A stretch of DNA of 64,000 bases from Octopus sinensis (lineage: Eukaryota): contig NC_042998.1 of assembly GCF_006345805.1 (NCBI RefSeq), positions 108,562,001 to 108,626,000 of the forward strand. Reading direction: 5' to 3'. Each line of letters starts with the position of its first letter. Position 1 is the first letter of the stretch. Under the pieces are notes generated by a model. That model was not told the DNA's origin, did not search any database, and was given only the letters and a program-made list of their open reading frames with translations. The position numbers were made by a program, and so were the translations under genes. Positions 24,304 through 38,530 of the stretch are shown piece after piece.

Positions 24304-25072
24304 TATATATAGTAACAAACTGTGGAAAAGAAATCTTTCATAGGGGTCTGTTAAACATCCAATTCACTGGTACTTCAGTTGGATACCATATAATTATTGG
24401 TATAATTTAACAATAAAGATGAATTAAATATAGAGATTTTTTATTAACAATCCAATAATTTATTTATATTCCAATATTACATTAAATACTATGAATACAT
24501 AACATAACATAACGTAATATTATATAAATAATTATAAAAAAACTGTAAAAGACCAACAACTTGTTTCGACTTATATATATTTTTCCTGATATGCATAATC
24601 ACAGTTCCATTATATATAAATGACTTCAGGGTCCTTGTTTCAGAAAGACAAAATCCAATCTGAAAGGACGGCTGGATTGCAAAAATTAATTATAAAATCT
24701 GTGGTATGAGCGTGAGCGTTGACTATTCAGTCTTACATCAATTACAATTAAAAAACAACAAAAACACTTTAACGGACGATACAATCATGTAAGTGCAATC
24801 CACAACCATCGAAATTCACTTCATTATATCTCAAATAAATACCAATTGAAATCCTTTGGTGTCCAATATAGTCTCTTGTCATCACAACATACAATAATAA
24901 TATGTGTATATAAATTTATATAATGAAGTATCTAAGTCTTCTGCGTGCAATTGTGGGGGATTGAGTATTTGTGTCCTCTGTACTCTAACGTAGCTTCATA
25001 GTTGAAAGAACTGGCATTATTAAAGGGGGGGAGAAGGTTATATTAAAGAGAGATAGATTAATAAATATATTG

Positions 25073-25302
25073 ATTTCTTAACTACCCACAAGGGGCTAAA
25101 CACAGAGGGGACAAACAAGGACAGACAAACGGGTTAAGTCAATTACATCGACCCCAGTACGCAACTGGTTCTTAATTTGTCGACCCCGAAAGGATGAAAG
25201 GCAAAGTCGACCTCGGCGGAATTTGAACTCGGAACGTAACGACAGACGAAATACCGCTACGCATTTCGCCCGGCGTGCTAACGTTTCTGCCAGCTCGCCG
25301 CC
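25073..25302 (-). mobile_element. tRNA-derived SINE with conserved core (gactttgcctttcatcctttcggggtcgat)
   Basis: Full copy homologous to 46157-46386. The core resembles the Deu/Nin-type SINE domain (from recollection, not searched). Confidence 0.9.
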
Positions 25303-25591
25303 TTAATAAATTAATAAATATATTATGTATTTAGATACTATGTACGGGAGATGGAATTTAAACTCGGATATAATGTTGTAGGGATATTAATCCTGGATTA
25401 CCTATAAGGGACCTAGGTTTGTAAAACTATTAAACTAGCTTTAATTTGGAAGTTAATACATGCCCTCATTTAGTATCGAAATCTACTATCTATGTGGTGA
25501 AGATCTCTGGGTGCTATTTATGAGGATGATGCAAATGGTCTCTAATGTTATTTATATTTAGTGAAGATAAACTTACCCGTGTGCAGGCGAG

Positions 25592-26679
25592 CTAGTTTCT
25601 CTCTTCCCCCAAGTTAAGTAATGGGTGCTGTACCGCTATGAAAAATTTTTCATTGATGCACAGATGGCATTTCTTATTTCTTACTTTGTACGAAGGTGCG
25701 GAGGCGAGGAATTTCCATTCTAAAACGAATTTAATATCTCTATCTTTAAGCTCCCAAATATATTTACTTAATCCGGTCGAGTTAATCTTATTTCTGTTTC
25801 TGAAAGTGTGTTGTTGTGCGGATAGTCTTCGTTTCATTTCATTTTGGGTAGCTCCTGTGTATATCTTTTTACTAAAATGTGTTGTGACTGAGCACTGGTA
25901 AATTACATCCTTTCTCTCACAAGTATTTACAAGGGCGCATTATCATTATTTCTACAGAATGAAATACATTAATTGGCTTATACTCCCATATGCTATGCAA
26001 ATAAAAACTGACTTAGCTACGACAATATTTAGAATTATAATTAAATACTTCGATCAGAACAGCAGTTATTCGGAAATTATTAATGGTAGAATAATAAAGA
26101 TAGGTTATTTTCACACGCATAACGTAGCTAGCATCCTTTCCACCGTAAGTAATAAAATTACTTAGGGTGGAAAGGAAGCTAGCTACGTTATGCGTGAGAA
26201 AATAACCTATCTTTCTTCTTCTTCTCTTCTTCTTCTTCTTCTTCTTCTTCTTCTTCTTCTTCTTCTTCTTCTTCTCTTCTTCTTCTTCTTCTTCTTCTTC
26301 TTCTTCTTCTTCTAATTCTTCTTCTTCTTCTTCTTCTTCTTTTTCTTCTTCTTCTTCTTCTAATAAAATTACTTAGGGTGGAAAGGATGCTAGCTACGTT
26401 ATGCGTGTGAAAATAACCTATCTTTATTATTATACTATTAATAATTTCCGAATAACTGCTGTTCTGATCGAAGTATTTAATTATAATTCTAAATATTGGC
26501 GTAGGTAAGCCAGTTTTTATTTGCATAGCACATGGGAGTATAAGCCAATTAATGTCTTTCATTCTTGCCGAACGACAAAAATGCAGGTGGTGTATATGTT
26601 TATTAGTATTAATCTTATTATCTAAGCTATACGCGTAAATACCACTATTAGTGGTGCTAGAACTCGGTTTCCTATTCAC
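25592..26679 (-). mobile_element. Penelope-like element: GIY-YIG domain (25592-25939) and linker (26365-26679), interrupted by an inversion
   Basis: Open frame CALVNTCERKDVIYQCSVTTHFSKKIYTGATQNEMKRRL...TGLSKYIWELKDR...WKFLASAPSY...KCHLCINEKFFI...LLN. Linker INWLILP...IKT..IFRIIIKYF...IKIGY...NVASIL matches the Penelope IIWFNPP...KTNIG..FL.LI.KHF...KISYSC..N..SII motif. Confidence 0.9.
26211..26360. repeat. (TTC)n tract flanked by a 65-bp direct duplication
   Basis: 26150-26214 and 26361-26425 differ at 2 of 65 positions. Confidence 0.9.
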
Positions 26680-27495
26680 ATCTGGAAAATTCCTTTTTCG
26701 AAAATAAGTTATTCACATTTCCACATTTGGATACTGTTTCTTGGTTCCGTGGAGTTTTCGAACGGCGGTGAAAGCAAAATAGAAAATGGCAAGCATTTAT
26801 CATAGAAACTGTCCGGCGTTGAGGAGTAAATAAAGTCAAACATCTCACATGAAATACATTTTCAAATGAAAAAAAAAGAAGAATGCCTCTCAGACGGAGG
26901 CTCTATCCCGAAACGTTCTCTTTCCTCTTCTGAATTTATTCAAACTCATCAACTTATTTTCAAAGTAATTAGTCGTTAGTATGGGCATTGATCGTTGCAA
27001 TTACAAAGTTATGACTGTGTCAATAATATTCTTATAATTCAAAATTCATTCGAAATTTGATACAGAGTTTTCTTTGCAACACTTATGAAAGACGTGCATT
27101 TGTGAGCTTCTCCATTGTCCATTTAATTGCTTTCACCACCAACTCTTCTTATGACGTCTTCTCGACATATGGTCCTGTTGGGTATTTACTATCTAATTAG
27201 TTGGATGATAGCTATCTAAAGCAAATTTCTGCTGGATTGGGCATGTGTCTATGGATGCACAATGCAATAACTTTGTTTGTTAATTCTGTGTAGATCTGCA
27301 TAGAAACTAACTTTGTTAAATGTATTTTAGATGTATTGTTTCGAAAGGAAATATTTTCAGATTAACGCAACGAAATTTTAGGCGGTGTTGGGCAATGCAT
27401 TTTGAGAGAAATTCTGGTTAAAGCAGGCGATCTTACATTTTCTTTTGTTCAGATGTCTGTTGTCTGATAGTACATCTTTTGGAGTGCATTTTAAG

Positions 27496-27527
<32 letters not shown>

Positions 27528-27533
27528 CTTCTT

Positions 27534-27599
<66 letters not shown>

Positions 27600-27600
27600 T

Positions 27601-27725
27601 CCCCTGACGTCAACTTTGCCTTTCATCCTTTCGGGGTCGATAAATTAAGTGCCAGTGAAACACTGGGGTCAGTGTAATAGACTACTCCCTTCCCCCAGGC
27701 TTTGTGCCTATAATAGAAATGATTA
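27601..27725 (+). mobile_element. 5'-truncated SINE after (TTC)n(TTA)n
   Basis: gtcaactttgcctttcatcctttcggggtcgataaattaagtgccag core with tail ctttgtgcctataatagaaatgattatt. Confidence 0.8.
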
Positions 27726-28613
27726 TTATTATGATTGATTTCACTCTGGTTCGTTCTTATTCCTGGCAGAATTTATTTGGGTAGCGGATTACCATCTGTA
27801 ACCTTAGGAATCCACCATCTTCAAGTGCTTTAGACCCTCCTGATAATCTTTCCTCTCCCTAAGAAGTAAACTTTCTGTAGAAGCTCTATATGACTTTCTA
27901 CTCCAATCTTCAAACATTTGTCTTTAACTTTACTTACAGTTCCCAATGCACAACCTCATATTCTTGCAATTTGAAAATTTAAAGGTTTATACTTTTTTTT
28001 GTTTTTCTTCTTCTTTCTTTACAATCTTGGAATCAAACGGGTATGACGGATCGATTAGTATGCAGTTTCGCTTTTACTTGTTTATTATTGTCAATTCTAT
28101 CTTTCATCCTTTCGGGTCAAGTACTGCGGTGTTGTAATCGACTGGCTTGTCTCGCAAATTTCAGGCCTTGCACTTATAATAGAAAGGATAATTATTGTTA
28201 TTTTTATTTAGACTTTTAGTAAATTGTCATAATATTAGTGAGGCTAGATTGAATTGATATTTAAAGTCTTAGCCAGATGTCTTTTTGAAACACGTGGTTG
28301 AATCAACTCTTCAAATATAAACATGTGATATCATTTCTACGTCATGTGATATAAACATGTGATATCATTTCTACGTCATATAAATTAAGTTTGATTGAAT
28401 GTTTATACCGAATCTGAATTTCTTAAATTTATTTGTTAGTTCTTCAGATGACGAAAAGTCACTGGCTGTTGCTTCAGCGACTGCATCAAGTGTGATACAG
28501 AGTAGAGACGAAGGGAATCATTAGCTTTGTAAAAGTATATACACACACGCGCGAGCGAGCACACACACACACACGCACACACGCACGCACACACACGCAC
28601 ACACACACACACA

Positions 28614-28646
<33 letters not shown>

Positions 28647-29301
28647 GCATACACACATGCATACGTATGTGCACATGGTCGCTGAGTATTTATAGAGACA
28701 CTTCAAGGCAGATCAGTGTGACATAAGTCGTGACAAACCTGGCCCTTTGAATTACATGTTCAAATCGACAGGCTTCCACGTAGTTTCTCTCAGATCAATA
28801 TTTCTTTTTCGGCTCGGATTGATCCAAGAGTTCGGCAACACACACTTGTCCAAGATTTCACTCAGTGTGTTAGATTTGGAACCTTGTGATTGAGAAGATG
28901 ACTTCTTTAGCAATTCACCTATACTGTTTCTATAGTAGAACTATATATTTATATTAAATGGTGGATTTAGTGATAACACTATGCTCAACCTGATAAATGA
29001 TCAATCACAATAAACAAAAGAAGTATTCGGCGACCTACTAATATGCATATTTACATTTACATGTATTACTAATAAGTGTGAAAACATTTTTTAAGGAAAA
29101 CCAATGCGAGCAATTCATACACAAACACACGTAACACATACACATGAATATATGTTTAGATATGCGTGTGTGTAAGAGATTGATAGATAAATATAAACAC
29201 ATAGATGAACCGAGGAAGAGTGCGTATGAAGTTGTGTGTGTGTTATAGAGAAAAGAGAAAAAGAGAAAGAGACAGAAAAAGGAGAAAGTGGGAAAGAAAG
29301 A

Positions 29302-29346
<45 letters not shown>

Positions 29347-31286
29347 TGAGAGAGAGGAGGAGACAGAGAGGTAGAGTTCAGACAATGATTTATACAGAAT
29401 TTCACAGTAGAAATGTATTCATAAATGTTACATAGATTTATTTGAAAGTTTCATATTGATCTGCCTGAACACTACGATAGATATAAATCATATTTATTCT
29501 TCTACTTCCAATATGTGTTTGTTTCAAACTTGACCAATGTACGTGTTATTCAAACTTGATTATTACCATTCCCAATATTTGGGATCGTAGTTTTTTATTC
29601 GTATTCTTTTTTACTCTCTCCTATTTTCGTTACTCTTCTTTTTCTTCATATTTTCTGATCTCTCTTTTCTTTTTTTCTATTTTATCCCGTTGAACTATTC
29701 TTCTTTCCGGGTTGTCAGTTTTTCTTTTTCTTTTTTTCTTGCCATCTTTCCTTTTCTTTTCTTCTTCCTACCCCACCAAACCACGATAACGACCAATACC
29801 ACATCTCCCATAGTAACCACCACATCTCCCACAGAAACTACTACATCTCCCACCACATCTATATATATTCCACAGTATACATCACCACATCTCCCACAGG
29901 AACCTCCACCACCAACAACAATCACAGAAACAATAGATTCATAGTGAAACAAAATCGACATTTTATATCTTATATGTTACATACAGAATAATTCATACCT
30001 CTGCTCTATTTGTCCTTCACGTCTGATTTCTTATATTCTTGTTCTTTGTTTTACATTTTGGTCCTTCTCATGCTCTCTTTATTGTGTCCTATCACCATTA
30101 CCATTACCTTATCCAATCACCATTACCCCCACCTTATCCAATATATCTATATACCAACAAGTTATGCATCAGTATTTTAACAATTATGTTTAACTTACAC
30201 ATATAGAAGAAAAAATCAAACATTTTTGCTTTGCTTTTTAAGATCCCCCTTTTTTTCTGTATGTGGTTTAGTATTACAAGTTACAAAAGAAGAAGCTATT
30301 AAATTTAGCTTGACTAAAATGAAATATCAGAGAAATAGGATTACATGCAGAGAAAATAGAAGTAAATAGTAGGAATCCCTTCAGAAACGGACTGCCATAT
30401 TCAAAATTGAAACTCAAATTCCTTTTTACATGAAACTGATTTCGTTTCATTTTTGCCATAGATCAAATCGATACCAGTTTGAATTGATAACTTTTTATTT
30501 ATAAAGTCAGATGGATTGGTGCAGTATTCAGTTCCGATCCTTTATTCTGAGAGTAAAACCTGTCCAGTTCAACTTCGCCTTCCATCCTTTCGGTCAATAT
30601 AGTTGGCAATACTCCTCCTATAAATATGTGGACTTGTGCCTATATTAGAAAACAAGAAATCAATTTATATTTACAGAAAATATTTTCAATTTCAACTGCA
30701 ACACTATAACTTCAATCAGATTATTGCACAGCTTGGGATATGTTCTTGTCATTTTTATGCATAATTTCGTCTCTGATGTAGAATACATAAGAAAATGAGA
30801 ACCACAACAAAAAATCAGACAAAAACAAAGAAAACTCATAGAACTGCTTGCTATGCCCGCTAATACATAGATGTCTTGGGTGTTTTTAATTTGGTTTCGA
30901 TTTTTAAACTGGGCATGATAAACTCCTTCTTGTACTGAATCAGTTAAAGAAAAAAATAAACACACTCATTTTGCACAAATGTCCGAAATAGCACAAGTTA
31001 ATTAAGTTATAATTCACTATAATATTAAGTAGCTCCAGGTCAGTCCTGATCCAGCTGACCAATGATAAAATACGATCCATCGCCAATTATTCAGATTCTT
31101 TCATAAATACAATGCTTCTGGTGGCTGTAATGAATACTGTTGACTAATAAAGTTTATGGTTAGGTAAATTTTTATGGTCGCCATAGTGGATCCAATTGCT
31201 ATTGTATTTAGAAAAATGCATTTACAGGAAAAGAATTTCCTTTAATTTTCAAGTAATATCATTTTGGTTAATATTTCGAGGTACTA

Positions 31287-32111
31287 CTACAAGTAACAAT
31301 GGTTTCAAATTTTGCCACAAGGGCAGCCATTTTTAGTGGGGAGAGGACGTGTCAATTACATCGACCCTGGTACTTAATTTATCAAGCCCGAAAGGATGAA
31401 AGGCATAGCCAGCCTCGGCGGAATTTGAACTCAGAACGTAGCAGCAGACGAATGACCTATTTCTTTACTACCCACAAGGGGCTAAACACAGAGAGAACAA
31501 ACAAGGACAGACAAACGGATTAAGTCGATTATATCGACCCCAGTGCGTAACTGTTACTTATTTAATCAACCCCGAAAGGATGAAAGGCAAAGTCGACCTC
31601 GGCGGAATTTGAACTCAGAATGTAATGGCAGACGAAATACCGCTAAGCATTTGTCCCGGGGTGCTAACGATTCTGCCAGCACGCCTCCTAACTACAAGTA
31701 ATAATTATTTCTACTCTAGGCACAAGGCCTTGAAAATTTTGTGGGGAAGAGGGCCAGTCGATTACATTGACCTCAGTGCTTAACTGGTATTTATTTCATC
31801 GACTCCGAAAGGATGAAAAGCAAAGTCGACCTCGGCGGAATTTGAACTTGGAAAGTAGCGGCAGAGGAAATACCTATTTCTTTACTACCCACAAGGGGCT
31901 AAACACAGAAGGGACAAACGGATTAAGTCGATTATATCGACCCCAGTGCGTAACTGTTACTTATTTAATCGATCCCGAAAGGATGAAAGGCAAAATCGAC
32001 CTCGGCGGAATTTGAACTCAGACCGTAGCGGCAGACGAAATACCACTAAGCATTTGTCACGGTGTGCTAACGTTTCTGCCAGCTCGCCGGCTTGCTGCTA
32101 CAAGTAATAAT
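31287..32111 (-). mobile_element. Cluster of two composite SINE dimers separated by a recurrent 14-nt motif
   Basis: Four copies of the SINE core; ctacaagtaa(c/t)aat occurs at 31287, 31692 and 32098. Confidence 0.85.
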
Positions 32112-33289
32112 AGTAGTAGCATATATTTCGTCTGTTGGCCCTAGTTTTGAAGAATGAAAGGTAAATTCCGTGATCGAATTTATCTTTCCTTTCTCTCCGA
32201 GCGATAAAATAAAAACGTAGACTCGTATTGGAATCAGTTCAATCAACCATCCCCTCGGCTAATCTGTCATCACAACTTACGTGATTATGTTTTTCATTTC
32301 AATTAATTATTTGTATTCATCATGTATATATTCATCCAGAGGCGCATGACTAATAAAGTCACGGTAGAATGTTAATGATTATACATATAACAATTTGATA
32401 CACAGCGGGGAAAATATAAAGATAGAACTAAGTATAGACCAGGCATTAATTTAATATTACACTATGTAAATTGCACACAAATATGTGCGCAGGCGTTGAG
32501 GAACGTTCTTTTATATTTCGTGCAGCCTGGCGTCACCACGTACTTTTTTTTATTTACCCAAGTGCATCATATCCTTGCGAGATTATTAACATGTATTTTC
32601 TTCTTCGAAGAATTTGATATGTATATTTCTAAGCCATTGTACTGGTTAATTTAAGAAAGTCTTGAAATAAGTATTGTTGTTTCAGAAAAGTACCAAATTT
32701 CTTAGTACGTATGCCACCATATATATTTATAGATATTAAATTCATTTTTGTTGCTTTAAACGAATACCCAGTGAGTAACAGAATGCTGCACAGTATATTT
32801 ATCACTTTCATATCAACAAATAGATCTAAGTGATGTTTATACTAGTATCTGGGATGGAGACTTCCAAATTACTGACAAATCTAGTTCATATACCAACATA
32901 TTGAGCATGTCCTTATATTGTGAAGAAGTCAAAAATACTGCGCCCAGTGAATAAATCATAGACTGTTTAAGATATCTAACAAATTTTCATGACAAAAGTA
33001 ATAGTGTATTAATAATTCATTTCACGACAATGAATGACTACTATGAGCATAATTGAATAGAAAAAGCCAAATAATTATGCTGCTGATGAATAAAAGACAT
33101 TATCGCATATAAGTAGTTATCCAATCTATAATTGGTAAAACTGGAATAACAGACAATATTTCTGTAAAACTAATAGGTTAGCTATAAGAAATACACCTAA
33201 AACTATTCCAAAAATAATGCTAGGGTCTCTAGGCATTTTTAAATCGTTCTCACAATACAAAGTCTGCCAAATTGGGTGTGATCTATTAG

Positions 33290-34800
<1,511 letters not shown>

Positions 34801-35649
34801 TTTTCTGCTCTAGATTCTGACACTTGGATGCCAAACATATTATTCACATAATTCTCCTATGTCCCAGCCATTTATTTAACATAATTAACCTTCTTTATTT
34901 CTTTATATAAGCTCTCTTTCCTATTCTACCCTCTCCTTCCCTACTCTAATTATTTTCTTTATTTGTTGGCCTCCCAGGAAATTGAGAAAACTATCTCTTG
35001 TTTAACTATTTCTGTTAATTGCCCGACATATTTTCGGCAATATATTGTATAAGTTCTTTGTAATGATTTATATATAAAAAGTCTTATTGTAGTTAGTTGT
35101 CTTCCGCTCGTAGATTAATACTTCCTGTAAATATTCACATTTTGGCATCACCAATTTTCTTGTTTTCTGCCCAATCTTATTATTTCACTATCAGTGCATT
35201 TATATTGGATCATGCTGCTATAACTGAAAAATTTGAAAATAGTGCTGCGCAAATTTTCTTATTATTTTATAGCGTTTTGAGTATTAGTTCTAAATATCTT
35301 TATTTCTGTCGTCTGATTGTCGATTATTTTTGTTAAATGGAGTTTTCTCTCATGGATATTTATAGGTCTGTGTTTGTTTGTAATCAATCACTCGGTAACT
35401 GTTTCTTTGCACAAACATAGATTAGATATTTGCAATGCATGCAATAAACACCAATTTTGCCCCATCAGTTTTAATTAATTAATGATTCGCTATTTTGATA
35501 AAATAAAATAACACATCATCAATATATATTACATGCAATTAAAACAACCACATATTGCTAAACCAATTTATTTCAGCGTGCAGTTTAGATTTTACTGTAT
35601 CACAATCAAAAGTAATTATAACTCACTTATAGACTTTTCATGAGTGTTC

Positions 35650-36150
35650 AAACTCCGCGTCATTTTCCCTGTTAGTTCTCTCCATTGTTTTTATATCACG
35701 TAGAAAATATTGCTGTTTTGTTTAACTCGCTAACCTTTAGTGGAAAGTGATCCAAGTGACTATGGAGATAACAGATTTTGATGCTCCCGTTATATCCAAG
35801 TTTATTAAAACTGCAATGTATGCTCTCTAATAATTTAGAGTAGTTGTTTGCCTCATAATTGAAACGCAGAACAAAAGAAGATTATGCACAAATCTCAATG
35901 TTACCTGATGGATCTATGAAACATGAATCTTTGAAATTCTCTTTCGTCTGGAAGCCATAAAAAATCCCAGCATTTTTTTCCCAAAATGACTTGCCAAAGC
36001 AAGCCTCTCCCTTTTTCAATGCCCTTCAAACTCACCAATAATCATTGTTGCTGGTGTAGATTCTTCTGACTCCCATTGCATTCGTAGTATATCCTATATT
36101 TGCACTTTTATTTAATTCTTATTAATTTTCACTTATTACAAAAATAGCTG
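35650..36150 (-). pseudogene. Decayed DNA-transposase C-terminus (CMC/Chapaev-3-like by recollection)
   Basis: ALKKGEACF...EKNAGIFYGFQ...ANNYSKLL..FNKLGYNGSIKICYLHSHLDHFP...RDIKTMER..QGK* matches the widespread KIKAGIFxGPQ...LGCxMSxKxHFLHSHLDxFP...HQDIxxMExRYQGxW signature. The superfamily label is less certain than the homology. Confidence 0.65.
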
Positions 36151-37975
36151 AATGCAGTATATTATATTTTCTTTATTACACTTGAATGAAATAGGTAAGG
36201 TAATTTATAAAAATTGATTTGGCACATCCATTATATTAATGTCAATTAAAAGTTTATAAACGACTTCTTGTTACTACAACATGCCCTGTTCTTTTGAATT
36301 AAATAGTTTTGTCATCTCATTCCTAAACTGACTCCACGCACCTTCCATTTTTAAAACGGTGCTGGAATCTTTCTTCTTTATAACTCAATAAAATATCCGT
36401 CTTGTTTAGTTTTTGATTTCAACACGTGCCTGCAGATGTTCAAAAGGAAATAACTAAAAATGAATCAAGTATACCTGCTTCATCAGTCTCTGAGAAGGTA
36501 TAGAAAACAACGACTATGTTAATTTCTTCTACTCTTTATACTACTTGATTGTGTGAGAACCTCTTAGCTGTAAGATTCAGGCGTTCACTTTGCAACTACA
36601 TGGGTTTGGGTTCAACCAAATAACATACCGTTTATGATACACTTTGAATAACCAAAGCTCTGTGAATGTCAAAGAGACTCTTCTTGCTATGAGATGCTGA
36701 AATTTTTTAACCATTATATGGTTAAAAACATTTACGTAAACCTTGGATGTCTTCAGCACAGTCTATTCTGTTGCAAGCCTTCCGGTCGGGTTTCCACAAT
36801 GATGATAACCCTGTTTCTTCCCCTCTTCCACCCTTCCTCTTGCTAATTTCTGAGACATTAAAACAATTTTTTGGTAATGTCCTTCCTTCTACAACTAGTT
36901 GATTAAAGCTAAAATAACTGTAAAAGGTATATAAAAATTAATAAAAATATAATTGAAACATTGTTTAGTGTAAACTGAGGTTCACGTTGTGAAGAGAATG
37001 AATGCTTATGGTTGAATTGAGAAAACTAAAATAATTAATTTAGTTATAGTGTTGTATGTTTACATAGATCATAAGCGAGATGTAAACGGCGAGAGGCGTA
37101 ATGAGAAAGCCATATCTGTTTTTGAAAAATGAAATTATTGTTGCGAATAAATGTGGAAAACTATATAAATTCGTCCAACACAAAAGAGAAGCGCTATGAT
37201 CTTGTAAGGTTCTCAAATTGAAAAAATCTAACAATCATAACAAAATGATTGCTGAAACATCAGCTAATTTAAATAATGAAAATGAACAAGCACACCTTGT
37301 AATATAAGACCGCTAGATTGAAAACATAGTGTAACAAGTTACTAAATTTGGAAAATATTACTATTGATATGTTGTAATGAGATTGTGGGATAAACATGGG
37401 TTCTCACAAATGAATAATCGAATAAACTCCAAGTTGAAAGCTATTCGAGCAGATCTTCACCAATAATGTACTTGCACTACTGATCGTGTTTAAACACTGA
37501 GATTCCCAGCAGTTAATTATAAGACATCTAAAAATAGTGCAAGAAAGAAAGGATGTTGATGAAAATAATGGGAGGCAAAAGAGCAATTACTAATAGGTAA
37601 ATTTATCCATCTTGGAATATGAAGGTAACACACATTCCTAGAAATAGAATATAACGATTATAAAGTAAAAAAGAAAAAAAAAAACAGATTTTGCGATTAG
37701 ATCAGGTTCCTAAGATCAGAAGTGAAGAAGTCAATATACGAAATCTGATATTAAATTCAAATGAAATTATTCTATTTTGACTTTATTCTATTTAGAAACT
37801 GTTGATTTAGGAAGCATTGCGATCAATACTGAATGATAGATTGTCCTGAAAAATACTTAAAACACAATTATGATGTAATGTAATCGCAGTCCTCATACGA
37901 AGGCTAAACGCCACCAGTTTAAGTGCTGTATATATATATATATATATATATAAATACACACATATATTTATATAT

Positions 37976-38295
37976 ATATTGTTATATTTCGGAATAGTCA
38001 TATTGCCAGTTTAGCCAATAAAAACACACGCACTATATATTTGGTGTTATTTTGCTTCAGTGTTATTTATTTTTTACATTAATCTTAATCTTATTTCGGT
38101 CAGAGTTCTTTCGTCACACTCCTGTGACCGCATCCTGATGCGGTCACAGGAGTGTGACGAAAGAACTCTGACCGAAATAAGATTAAGATTAATGTAAAAA
38201 ATAAATAACACTGAAGCAAAATAACACCAAATATATAGTGTGTGTGTTTTTATTGGCTAAACTGGCAATATGACCATTCCGAAATATAACAATAT
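37976..38295. repeat. Near-perfect 320-bp palindrome (159-bp arms, 2-nt loop)
   Basis: Centre gcatc-CT-gatgc at 38130-38141; two arm mismatches seen. Arms are homologous to 23639-23795. Confidence 0.95.
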
Positions 38296-38369
38296 CTGTT
38301 TCAACACACGACTTCACATAAAAAATCTTGCACAACAAATATTTAAACGTACTATATATATAATAAATA

Positions 38370-38436
<67 letters not shown>

Positions 38437-38498
38437 TATATAAATATTTATATATATATATATACGTTTATATATATATACATCTTTATATATATGTA

Positions 38499-38530
<32 letters not shown>

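Noticed and set aside
26888-26918. Hammerhead-like CAGACGG...CCGAAACGTT, with similar eroded words at about 41124-41155 and 59316-59342
   Set aside because: Two or more core mismatches and no consistent stem I; could be decayed copies but are not supportable individually.
31287-32111. CRISPR-like regularly spaced repeat
   Set aside because: Eukaryotic context, 14-nt motif, and ~390-bp spacers that are homologous SINEs; explained as target duplications.
36540-36900. Possible Tc1/mariner HTH remnant on the minus strand
   Set aside because: Only loose similarity (GR...R.SLTFTEL); no catalytic motifs or TIR found.
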